From Gnetum montanum (taxonomy: Eukaryota > Plantae > Gnetophyta): a stretch of DNA of 64,000 nucleotides. This document shows positions 39,658 to 50,904 of this stretch, piece after piece. The notes under the pieces were generated by a model. It made no database searches, was not told the origin of the DNA, and worked only from the letters and a program-made list of their open reading frames with translations. Every line of letters starts with the position of its first letter. Position 1 is the stretch's first letter. The stretch spans positions 380,590 through 444,589 of the forward strand of contig MNCI01001153.1 of assembly GCA_015680685.1 (NCBI GenBank). Reading direction: 5' to 3'. The position numbers and the translations under genes are program-made.

Positions 39658-40458
39658 ACGATATTGCATATACGATATTGTGAGCTAGGTTGTGTTATCG
39701 CGTATGCGATATCATGGCTCCTATGTAGGCCTATAAATACACCTTATGCACATAGTGAAAAAGGGGAGTTTTTTTATTTAGAAATTAGTTTTCATTGTTA
39801 GTTTCCTCTCAACTCTTTTTCTCTAGTCCATACTTCCAGTGTGATGATTGTAATTGTATGACACCTTTATTCGAGTGTGACGTCCTTGGACATGCACATG
39901 ACCAAAAATAAAGATTAAGATTACTTCATCATTGCAGCATTCACTTAGTTTAATTATTTAATTTTTATTGTTATTTATTGCTCTCGTAGTTAATATCTCT
40001 TCACCCTAAACTCCTTAAATGCAGAATTGAGTACGACTTAATCACAAGAATTTAAGTGTGACTTCTTGGTATCCCAGTAGCGTACCTAGGCCATGCGCTT
40101 GGTAACCCTAGTGGTAGTTGTGAACGAGGTCCAAGATGTGTATGGATGATTAAGGAATGAATGCTCATCGCACTTAGGCTAGCTTAGATTCTCTCTCCCT
40201 CTTCCCTCTTAGTTAAAGTAAAGTTATTTTCCATTGCCTCCAGGAGTAGCACTAGGATAGAAACCACATCATACACCTCACTTTGGACTAAACCATATGT
40301 GACAAAGCAAATACTAGTCTAGGTGAGAAGACAGTGAACTACGATTAGCAAATAACTATCTAGATACCACAACTAGCCTGTCTACGAAGTTCAATCAAAT
40401 CATGCATGAAATGCTTGTATTCATATGGTTGAGTGTAGGGGTACCTCACCATTCATCA
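39658..40458 (+). repeat. LTR (5'-truncated duplicate)
   Basis: Matches 38270-39059 and is followed by PBS TTGGTGTCATTGCCAGGGA. Confidence 0.9.
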
Positions 40459-40591
40459 TTGGTGTCATTGCCAGGGATGATGCTAGTTATTTAGATTAGT
40501 TACATCATACAAGATCACTATAACAAAGTATTCATGATATATATTTTAGAAAAAAAATAAATTTTAATTAAGTCACACACGATTCACAACA

Positions 40592-42864
40592 ATGTCTCTC
40601 TCACAAGACTCTGACAATGCAACAACAAGGCAATTCATTGGAGAACCAATAAATTATATGATGATAAAGATAAATTTTGAAGTACTCAACCTTATGCAAG
40701 AGACCCCTACGTTCATGAACACCCCAACGATACTCAAAGACTTTCGTCATCCAAATCTGACACCTCTAGTAAGGATGAGATATCCCATAGAACAAGGAGG
40801 CCCAAAAGGCCTAGGACCTTCTCAATAACTAACAAGAATTTGTTAGTGGATGATTGGAAGACTTACAAAAGTCATAAAAAGTTTTATAGTTCCCTCTCTT
40901 CCTCTACTCCTTCAATGTCAGATTGTGACATGGATGACTATCTTTCAATGAATCAGCATAGAACTAAAAATTGAGCTCATAAAGAAAATCAAGAATGCCA
41001 ACATGAACAAGGACAACATCATCACAACGCACAAACTCACAACCCACTTAGTGATGATGAACCCCTTCTGGCCACTAAGAGCCTAATACCTATACAAGAG
41101 GCCACTCGAATATCCTACACACATCACAAGGAAAGCCATCTACCCACGCTTAACTTAAACAACTTTCCTAAGTTTTTAGGAGGCTACAATTTAGATTTGC
41201 AACATCATCTACAATCCTTCCATGATGCCTATGTATGGAACAATGTTGATAATGNTGAAAAAGTATGGTATAGGTCCCTAAAACCAAAATCAATCTGACA
41301 TTGGCCAATAATGGTAGAACTCTTCAACGAAAGATATCAAACTTATGCAAGAGTGTCAACCTTGAGGAGACAAATCCAAGAATGGAAACAAGAGCAACAT
41401 GAATCCTTGGAAACGGCCTTAGAAAGATATTATGCATTGTTAGACAACTGCCTAGGCCATGGGTTCTTCGAGGAAAGGCTAATGTACCATATCATTGATG
41501 GGCTTCGTAATGAAATAAGGGAGACCCTAGGGATGTATGCCCAAGGTTGACTATATAAGCTATGAACCCATCAATTCCAAGAGCTTATCAAGATGGTAGC
41601 AAAAGAAGAAGGAGAAATGGCTAAATGGGAGAATGCTAAAAAATCTCAACAGGCCTAAAAATCAACAATGACCCATGATTATGAAGAGGAGGAATCAACT
41701 CACTACAAGAAGGTGGAACCATATTTGCCAGTACTACAATCATTAGATGAAGTTAAGCCAAAGATCAATAGCATGATGGAATGGATACATGAAAAATATG
41801 GAGAATATGCGAACAATAGTAAAGGCACAACTATGCCAAATCAAGAAACAGGATAGGACACCACACAACAATCAGAACAAAGGATAGAATATAATAAGAA
41901 TAAGAACTCAATTGCCAACTTCACATATCAATGCAACATCTATCTGTACAATCACCCCAAAGGCCAATGCCCAGTTTTGTCACATTTACATGAGCACTAG
42001 GGAGGAATGTTACATCCAAATTTCATACAAAAATATTGGGTTCAACCATAATGACAAAAGCCCCAATCGTGCGGGAGGCCATCACCAACCCAACCATATC
42101 CTTTATATGTCCCAATGCCAAATACTTACTATGTTCAACACCCTATTTCTCCAACTAGATCAACATCCTCTACTTCACCTCATCGTTATGATTCTCCAAA
42201 ATACTATCCACTCATAACCTCTCCACTAAGGTTGCCACCTCATGTACCTTACATTTTTCCTCAACAACAACATTCTCATCCTTCACCTCCTTCTACATCG
42301 CCACCAATTGTTCTAGAGGGTTTTGCACCACATCACCAACCCACAATGTTACTTGTGCTACTACTAAAAATAGCAGTGGAAACCCACCACACCAAATGTG
42401 TCCCTTCTTTAGATGTGACCATTGAAAGGAACACCTCAATTCCGAAACCACTACATCCACCAACTCAGCACAAGTCCAACACTGTGGTGCATCTTCCTCT
42501 TCAAACCCAACATCTCATGTTACCTTATCAGGGCCACCACTCAATACTTCAACAACTATGTGACCTAATGAATATAGCCATATGGGGAGACATGTTGATC
42601 CTTGCATACCATCTTACAGTCACAAGTACCATAGTGGGTCAACTCCTTATAAATTAACCACATCTTATAACTTGCCCCACTATGTCAACTCTAATTAAGT
42701 GTGTGAACCCCAATGGGGTAAGTATGATCGGGTCCCAATATTTTCAACATGCAAGGATCCCAACCTTTGATTTATTAATTCTAGCCATGCTCAACCATTT
42801 AGCTATGGAGGGTATCCTCCATTCTAACAACATAGAATTAATAAATGTTTTTTTGTTTCTTTAA
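40592..42864 (+). pseudogene. gag: gag with Pro/Ser-rich extension
   Basis: MSLSQDSDN start; MVELFNERYQTYARVSTLRRQIQEWKQEQHESLETALERY gag core; homologous to 14121-16121. Confidence 0.88.
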
Positions 42865-44709
42865 TTTTTCAACTTTTTGTTTTCCAATTTTTCATCTTTC
42901 AATTTATTATTTTGTCTTTCAATATTTTTATCTTTTTATGAGTAATCTCTTCTATGAATAAAACACTCATGTGACTCATTGGTTGAGGTGTTGTTCTATG
43001 CTATCAAGTCTCAGGTGACTAATTATTTGGACAGCGAGCCCACAACATCCACTCACCCATCCTATTAATAAGAGGTTCTACCCTGGGTACAATGATATCC
43101 CTAATCATAAAAACTTAAATTCCTTTTGTGCTCACTATACCTAGAGTGAAGAAGGATGGACCAAGAGGGAATGACCAGGGTGTGACAGCAAGGGAACTTG
43201 TAGATTCTTTTTGGTGACATCTATAGGAGTATTATGTAGCTTGGTTGTACTATGATCCTTGTAGATCTAATGAAAAATTGGAGTAACCGTAATCAAAAGG
43301 CACTCAATCAAGAAAACTCAATGTTGTTCTAAAGGGTCCCACCGGAAAGACATGCAACCATGCCTGAAGGTAGGTGGCTTCTCTAGCTTAAGCATTCATT
43401 CAAAAAAGAAAGAAAGAAAAGAAAGGAAGAGTGCCACAAAGTAAAATCACTCCTCCCTTATACAAAATGCCAAGTGATCATATACCTTGCCATCATGATG
43501 CTCTCATTATTGTCTATCATTAGGATGAAGCAATGCAATGTCACTGATCAGAGGAATGGACTTGGTCCTGATTTTTGAGCAATAGGTTAATGACACATTA
43601 ATCATGCCTTACACTGAGGATTCATTGTGCCCTAGTCCAGTTACCTCATGCCCTGCTCTCTACAATCCCTTCTACAATTTGTCCCATCTCGCTATTCATG
43701 TAATTGAGACTCAAGACTTATGTAGTGTTGAATTTATACCTCATTAGGGTGGTATTTACATGTGTGTATGTTTTGTGAAATTGGTGTAGATTGCATTTAA
43801 CCCTTCTAATGCCTATGGACATTTTAAGGTGTGGTTACGCAAGGGAATTATAGGTTGGAACCTACTTTGGGGAGGATCCACTTGCATAACTTTTGTAATT
43901 TGTACTTGTTGCACACCACCACATCATTTTATACCCTTCGAGCACTTCATTGCCAAATCTATTCTTTCACTTATCATCCTTCTAGTTCAAACATTCCTAT
44001 GTACCAATACATGTCCTTTTTCTGCATACTCTTCATGACTTTCATTTTCAAATTTTACACCATTATCCTTTTTGTGCCTTTAGGCCTAATCAATATTTCC
44101 CTAGACCCTTTCCATCGACTTCCAGTCCTTCATTTTTGAGTTTGCAATTTTGGAAATTTATCAATTTTATTAAATACCCTACTCTAAACTATATATATGG
44201 ACAACAAACCCCCCCCCCCCCCCCCTGCACAAACTTCAACATCATTTTCAACTGTTCATGTGGAGGAATTTTTTAAATTTTCTTCAACGACTTGTGACTT
44301 GCGCATCTCTTGTTCCAATAGCCATAACTCGCTCGCTAGTTCTCCGATTTTCATTTTGATCGAACCTATCTAAACCTGGAGTGTTTAGCTTAGTTGTGGG
44401 GGAGGGGTACACCCTGAATTACACATAAATTTTTTGAAATTCATCATCACCCAAAGGACACTACCAAGGGTAATTAATTATAAACATGTGCCAAAAACAA
44501 TTTCGTCTCCTCACTTATACTAGGAAATTAAAATTGTGAAGCAACCTAATCAAAGTGGGTTAAATATTAAAACCTTTTGGGGACATTTTCATAAAAATTC
44601 CTAACTTTAAATCACATAGAATAAAAGACAAATCCATTAAGGCAAGAAGTAAAGTATAAGTTAACTTTGGTAAGAAACCTTACTAATGATTGATCCCATG
44701 TGATTGTAG

Positions 44710-45939
44710 ATGGCCCGAAAGCATGGACAACAAGAAGGACCCTCTTAAAGTTTGTTCAAGTGATCCAGGAGAGGCAAAAGACAAGCATCTCCCAAAAAAC
44801 ATGCAAAGTAGAAGGTGCAATCATTTAGCATCCATCAAGAAACTCCTACTACTATACAATTGGAACAGGAAAAAGGAGGAGCTATTGCAGTGCCTAAAAA
44901 AATACAACAACTCACGTTGTCCCCGGAGTGTGTTTAGGCCATCCGTGAAAAGTCCACGTTAGCTATAGTGGGTATGGAATTGAAATTGAAACCTTTCACA
45001 GAATTTGCTCCTGAGGCTATTAGAGACCAATTCAAAGGATCTCCATTATGGCCTATCCTCTTTGAAAATGGTGCCTGGTACTTAGGAGAAATGTACCAAT
45101 TTTGGCACAATAAGGAAGAAGACACCACAATAAACATTTTTGGTGTGTCTGTAGATTTTTCCATCAAGGCCATCTTGGAAGTGTTGAACCTTCCAAATAC
45201 AGAGGCAAAAATTGCTCACCTGTCCACTCGCTTTGATGCTGATGTGTGAAGAGTTTGGTTGGATAGGGTGTATGGCAAAGAAGACAAGACATATGGAGAG
45301 TTAATGCTAGAGGAAAGGATATACTTCAAGATTAGTTCTTATCACATCTTCCCCATGAGAGGATTAAAAACAATCTCAACATATGCAATAAGAGGAAGTG
45401 CGATATTGATGGAAAAGGCTAATCCTAATCTTCCTCATCTATATCTCATGGAGATCTTGAGGTAGTTTTAAGAACACAAGATAGGGAATTTCGTGTTGCC
45501 CTTCCCTTGTCTCATCAGGAAGCTGTGCAAACATCCTGGTATTCTAGGGTACACCAATGACATCCTCAAAATAGCCTAGAATGCTTCATTTGCTGAACTA
45601 CTAAAGCCACCAGCTCCAAGGAAATGCGCTAGTGAGACATTGGAGCCAGAGCAAGAGCAAGAATAGATGGTGGGGCCCACTACAACTCAAACTATAGGGC
45701 CCAGCCAACTTCCAAGCATGGGGCCCAGTCAACAACAAGAAACAGGGCCCAACATAAGCCAACAAGATCAACCGCCACCACCACCACAGGATTACCGACT
45801 GTCAATGAGCCATCTCAAAACCATTGTTGAGACGATTAGTTGGGGAAGTCATGATAATGCTAATCTCTTCCACATCATCGATGACACCATATAACCCTTA
45901 GTTTCTATCGATCGTGCATGAGGTGAGGTGTCCATACAA
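44710..45939 (+). pseudogene. ORF2 (env-like / plant transposon protein domain), 3'-truncated
   Basis: TGTAG|ATG GCC CGA AAG start; WYLGEMYQFWHN...DFSIKAILEVLNLP...LPFPCLIRKLC. Confidence 0.82.
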
Positions 45940-45949
45940 ATAGGAGGAG

Positions 45950-48900
45950 GGGACTCATTAGTCATAACAGATTTTAGGGAATGCTGCGTCTTTCCAGCTG
46001 CAATTGGAAATAGGTGAAGGGTCTCCCTAGTAGGTAGGGTCACCTCCGTTTCGGGAGATTTACTAACCATCACCTATTGCATGAACTTCTCGTAAGCACC
46101 AGAAGCACCAATGATGTCAAGAAATAGCCTAAGGGTATACACCTCAATAGTAGCATCCTAGTATTGTTTACGATAGGTGGAACTTTCCATCTTATACATA
46201 TGTTTATGATTCTTTTATGCCTATCCCCATTCATAAACCTTAGCACTATAGTCTTTCCAATCTTGGTTCTTCTGTGCTAAGAGGTCCATCTGCATGCACT
46301 ATTCAATAATTTCATGACTGGCCTGGTTATTGTTCCGTACGACTATCTAGTATCTGGCATAGTCAATTATGGCCATGCAACACTTGCCATCGTGATTATC
46401 ATGGGCCAATAGAAACTTGTTTCTAGATCAGAGATCCTTCACCTCGGCAGTTAGGTTGGTTTTCTCCTTTTTAGGTTTCTATACCCTCTTCCAAAGATCT
46501 TCATTTACATGTCTACACTCCCATAAGGAGTGTGCTGAGTACAACGCACATTTACTCATTTCATCGTAAATGTGGTGCGGTACCTCAGTTACCTCTGACA
46601 AAAGTTCAAGGATAGCGTCAACTTTGACTAACTGCTTAGGGTCCCACTTGAGGTAAGAGGCTGCTAAGCATACATGAGACATAGTTAGTCACAATGATGT
46701 AGCAAGAATGCAAGAACTGTGAGAGTCTAGCATAGCAACTATAACATACCGATCTCAAGAATGATCTGCCTTAGGTGATCAATCATGTCATTGACTACCC
46801 TTTCCATGAAGGAGAATTTGTCAGGGGTCTCGATCCAAGGATGAAGACGGATAGAGGAAGAAGGGCCAGGGACATCAATAGTGATGTCCGCTACATAGTA
46901 AAAATAGGTTAGCTATGAAGAGGACAACAATAACAAAGCTGATGAAAAATAACATGATAGTGCAAAGCTTCAACCTAGCAAACCCTCAGGGGTGATAGTG
47001 GGGGGATCACCCATCGATAGCTGTGTAGCAAGGGCTATGCTAACAAAACAGTTTAGCATACTTACCAATCAACAACTACACTCTATGGACTTTAAGTTGC
47101 AACTTCTTCCCCCTCTTGTCATTGGTATGGGTGGAGGGGCTCTTCTTCAAGATGAGACTTTTTGCGCTGTAACCTAGTTTTCACAATTTCTATAATGAGG
47201 CATTCCCCTCTTACTACATTGCCTGTGTTGATGGGGGGTGCCTCTCCCATGCTATCTCAGCCATGAAAGGTATGCCCCACCCGATCCTTTGTTTTTATAG
47301 AAAGTGATTACCTGATAGCTTCTGAGGGGTCTTGCAATTGGGTGGTGCAAAAGACCTAGAAGATCCATGGCTTCAATATCTAGTTCCAATCTTGCAATAC
47401 CTAGATTCCATTTTCAAGGACTGCCAAGAATTCCACAAAGCATCATAGAAAAGCTACAAAGAAGGCATAATGCACGTTGAAATGGGACTCAAGCTTCTCA
47501 TGATGCTTGACCATTTCACCCTGTAGGCCTTCAGAAAGGTACTTGGACCAATTGTAGTAAGTCTCTTCCTCCATAACCTTCCTCATTATCCATGCCTACT
47601 CCACCCAAGGATATGCCCTTGAGAGAGTAACTTGGGGAAAGCATGGGCATGGAAGACAAGAGAAATCCTTTCATCCACTGCTAGCTTGACCTTGTAGATC
47701 TAAATCCCCTTTTTGTCCTTAGCCACCCCTAGCGATTCCTCAATGTCTCCATGATGGTTCACATATCTCTTAGATTTTTCTCCTACAGGGAGACCATTAG
47801 AGGGAACATCAAAAAGGTTTGCAAATAGTTGGTCATTGATTTCAAACACCACCTACACATTGTGAACATGTGTGCGATATCGGTTAGCCTTCTTAATGAA
47901 GGAATTGGCTAGGGAAAGAATTTCTATAGCTGGGGCATTCGGATTTATAGCTAGAAATAAACCCATGAGCCCAACCTTTTGAATGCTATGCACTCAGGTA
48001 GCTCAGGCTCCATGGCAGAGCCAACGTTGAGTCTCCTCCACCTCCTTGTACTTGAAGAAGAGGTGATCACAGTGACTTCTTGGGATTCCCTCACTACTGC
48101 AGTAGTTAGCAGCAAAAAAAAAAGAAAGGTTTAGTAGGAAAAAAAAATGAAAGCATGTCATTACTTGAACACACAAAAATAAACCCATGGTCTAACATAC
48201 CAAGTTTGAATGACATAGGAAATGGTGGAAGTTCCACCTAAACGTCTTCGATGGTAAGTGGTCAGCATGATGCCCATTTGCTATCCAATTAGCTAGCTTC
48301 CTTACATTTCCCATAGATTTTGGAATACCTGGTTGGATAGCTTTTGAAATTGAACCCAAGTTGTTCTATGACACTAGAATGCATGTTCCTGGTGGAGGAG
48401 AACTCTTGCAGAGCCGTTTGAGCTATCACCAATGTGTCTGTGTTACCCTGAAGACCACCTTTGTCAATGTAAAACCCTGGTAATATACAAGAATATCATA
48501 AGCATATTTTTTAACATAGCGCAAATCATACAACATGTTAAAATACCTTCACAGGACCTACCCATTGACATGGTAAATGGTTCCAAGTGGGTTCTGAAAG
48601 CAGGTGCCCATGTGATAGGCAATGTATAACGTGTTGTATAAATGATAGAATTTGTACTTAGGCATGTTCCAGATCCAACTTAAGCATCTCAAGCCTCTTG
48701 GGCATTGGTTGGAGCCTCCTACTCCTCCACCCCTGATTGACCCATCTACCATAAACTTTAGAATGCCTCAGTTCACCCCGAGCAACAACATCTCTACAAT
48801 CACAGCAGTTATCTTGGCCGATAAGTGTGACCACACGATCACACTAAAATGATAGAGGAGGAACTGTAGAAAGTATCATGCACCCTTCTGGAACTAGACC

Positions 48901-50158
48901 ACCTACTGCCCCACACGTGCATGGGAAGGAGGAACATTGGCAATAGGTTCACTGACGCAGCATAGGACCCCTACAAGTTCAAGTATAATCAAGATGGGTT
49001 TTAACGTGACGTTGCATTACAAAACACCAAAACATTAGCATTATGTTCAAGTGGTAATTGCTGGTATAGCATAGCATGATCCTTTGTTTGCACATAGCGT
49101 AGCGTAACCCTTTGTTTACATGTAACGTAGCATGGTCCCCTAGTTACAAACTTTCCTTTAGCATGAAGCACCAAGTCCCACATTAAACAGAGTCAAACAT
49201 GGTAGGTAGCATAACAAAGTGTCACCTATAGCGTAGTGTAGTCTGCAAGCCCTGAATAGCATTACAATAGTGGGTACACCCCACAGTAATAGTTACGTGG
49301 TACATAGCATGATGTAGACATGCAGCGTAACAGTTACGCTACTGCATAAGGATGAAAACTACGCTACATGTAGCATAGCAAGATAAATGCATGGCATGTA
49401 ACATAGTAAATGAACAAGTGTAAGAAAACATGTAACAATGTGATAAACAGACCGCTATAATAGGCATTGCAACGTAGCAAATTTGGCAATATAGCGAATT
49501 CAACAACGTAGCAATGTTACAAGTTTAATAGTGTAGCAATGTGACAGACTACCACTATAATGATCTAAGGGCCTCACAACATGACAATGTAACGTAGCAG
49601 CAACAAAAATATTATAAGCTTAATAGTGTAGACAAAAAAACAATTCAAAATGCCCTCGTTGTCCCAATCCTATAACATGAAATAGCCCGTGCTACGCCAT
49701 GTCGAATATGTGTCATGCTACCATTAAAAAAAACTTGGCAAACAAACGAATTTCTCTAAGAGTAGTACACTATGTCGAGCATACAATACACCACCTAGAA
49801 CCACCCAAACCCCTGTGATAATGCAAAAACCATTCTTAACAATGGTGGCCAAGGTTGTATTGCATGCAGCTATAGTGTAGGACCTATTGCGGCCAAATAG
49901 CGACAACCATAGCATAGTAGCCAAAATGGCAATAGTGTCAATGGTCGCAAGAATAACAACAATAACAATAGTGACAAACTAACCTAATATGTCACCTAAT
50001 TCATTACATAGGGGAAACAAGGGTAGCATAGAAACTTACCAAGTAGATAGGGCCTCTTGCTGCACCTCGATGCACGCCTGAGAGAGTCATCCCAGAGTCT
50101 TCGTCACCTCAACTACTTTGGCAAGTCCCTTGTGCTTATGTTCATCCTTACATGCCAT
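45950..50158 (-). pseudogene. intron-containing antisense accessory gene (plant mobile domain / plant transposon protein-like)
   Basis: TATAAAAAGGGG at ~50302; ATG at 50158 (MACKDEHKHKG); donor G|GTAAGT at 50039; branch CTAAC + TGCAG acceptor at 48097 in matching phase; EINDQLFANLFDVPSNG and YNWSKYLSEGL motifs; short GT-AG introns 46974-46891 and 46749-~46661. Confidence 0.65.
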
Positions 50159-50419
50159 TTCTTTGTCCATGAAGTGGTGGTACCAACTGCTACGCTACGC
50201 CTGTTCACTCTCTCTCTGTTCGATCATGCTACGCTCTAAGTTTGGGCTTTGGGCTCTGATAATGAAAATGACAAATTTACCAGGGGTAATCCCCTTTTTA
50301 TAGCCTATGCGGTAAAAAACTTGTCATTTTCATATCTCGAGTAACATGGGATACCCTTGCAGTGTAGCACCACTATAGTGAATTCCCACTATAGCATAAC
50401 ACTCATCGATAGCATAGTG

Positions 50420-50720
50420 GAACCACCAAAAGTTAAACTTGTTAACGGTCCACCATGACCTTAAACTAGCATCTCTACATTCATTTTATATCATAAACCA
50501 AACTATATAACCTTCATGGTCCACTACGACCTTAAACTAGCAATTTTAGCACTTATTCTATATCTTAGACCAAACTTTACATCATTATGGTCTACTAAGA
50601 CCTTAAACTAGCAATGTTAATCCATGGTGTAGCCTAGTGATGGTCCATAGAGACTTTAAACTAGCAACACCAACCCATAGTTAAACTCGTTAATGGTCCG
50701 CTGAGACCTTAAACTAGCAA
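50420..50720 (+). repeat. degenerate tandem repeats, core GGTCCACTACGACCTTAAACTAGCA
   Basis: Five spaced copies are visible. Confidence 0.85.
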
Positions 50721-50904
50721 ATTTGATTAGCAAACTTTACATAGTAACTGACAATTATCTCATGTTGTATTATTTCTTTACAAACATTCATTACATGCTA
50801 TTGTTGCAAACAGGTATCACTTGACTTGGTCCTTCTTCTCATTGTGGCAAGTTTAACAAAAATGGCCATGCATGGTGATCTGTGTTCACTTTTGACCTTG
50901 ACAG

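Larger units (their letters stand above)
38236..45939 (+). mobile_element. second pol-less Athila-type element (same family as 8629-17131), 3'-truncated, with duplicated LTR+leader
   Basis: LTR 38236-39059 + PBS, then a 5'-truncated LTR ~39658-40458 + PBS. gag, non-coding region and ORF2 are collinear with the first copy; homology stops at ~45939. Confidence 0.92.

Noticed and set aside
41245-41265. Apparent ~45-bp deletion in gag of copy 2
   Set aside because: It coincides with an n base and is likely an assembly gap.
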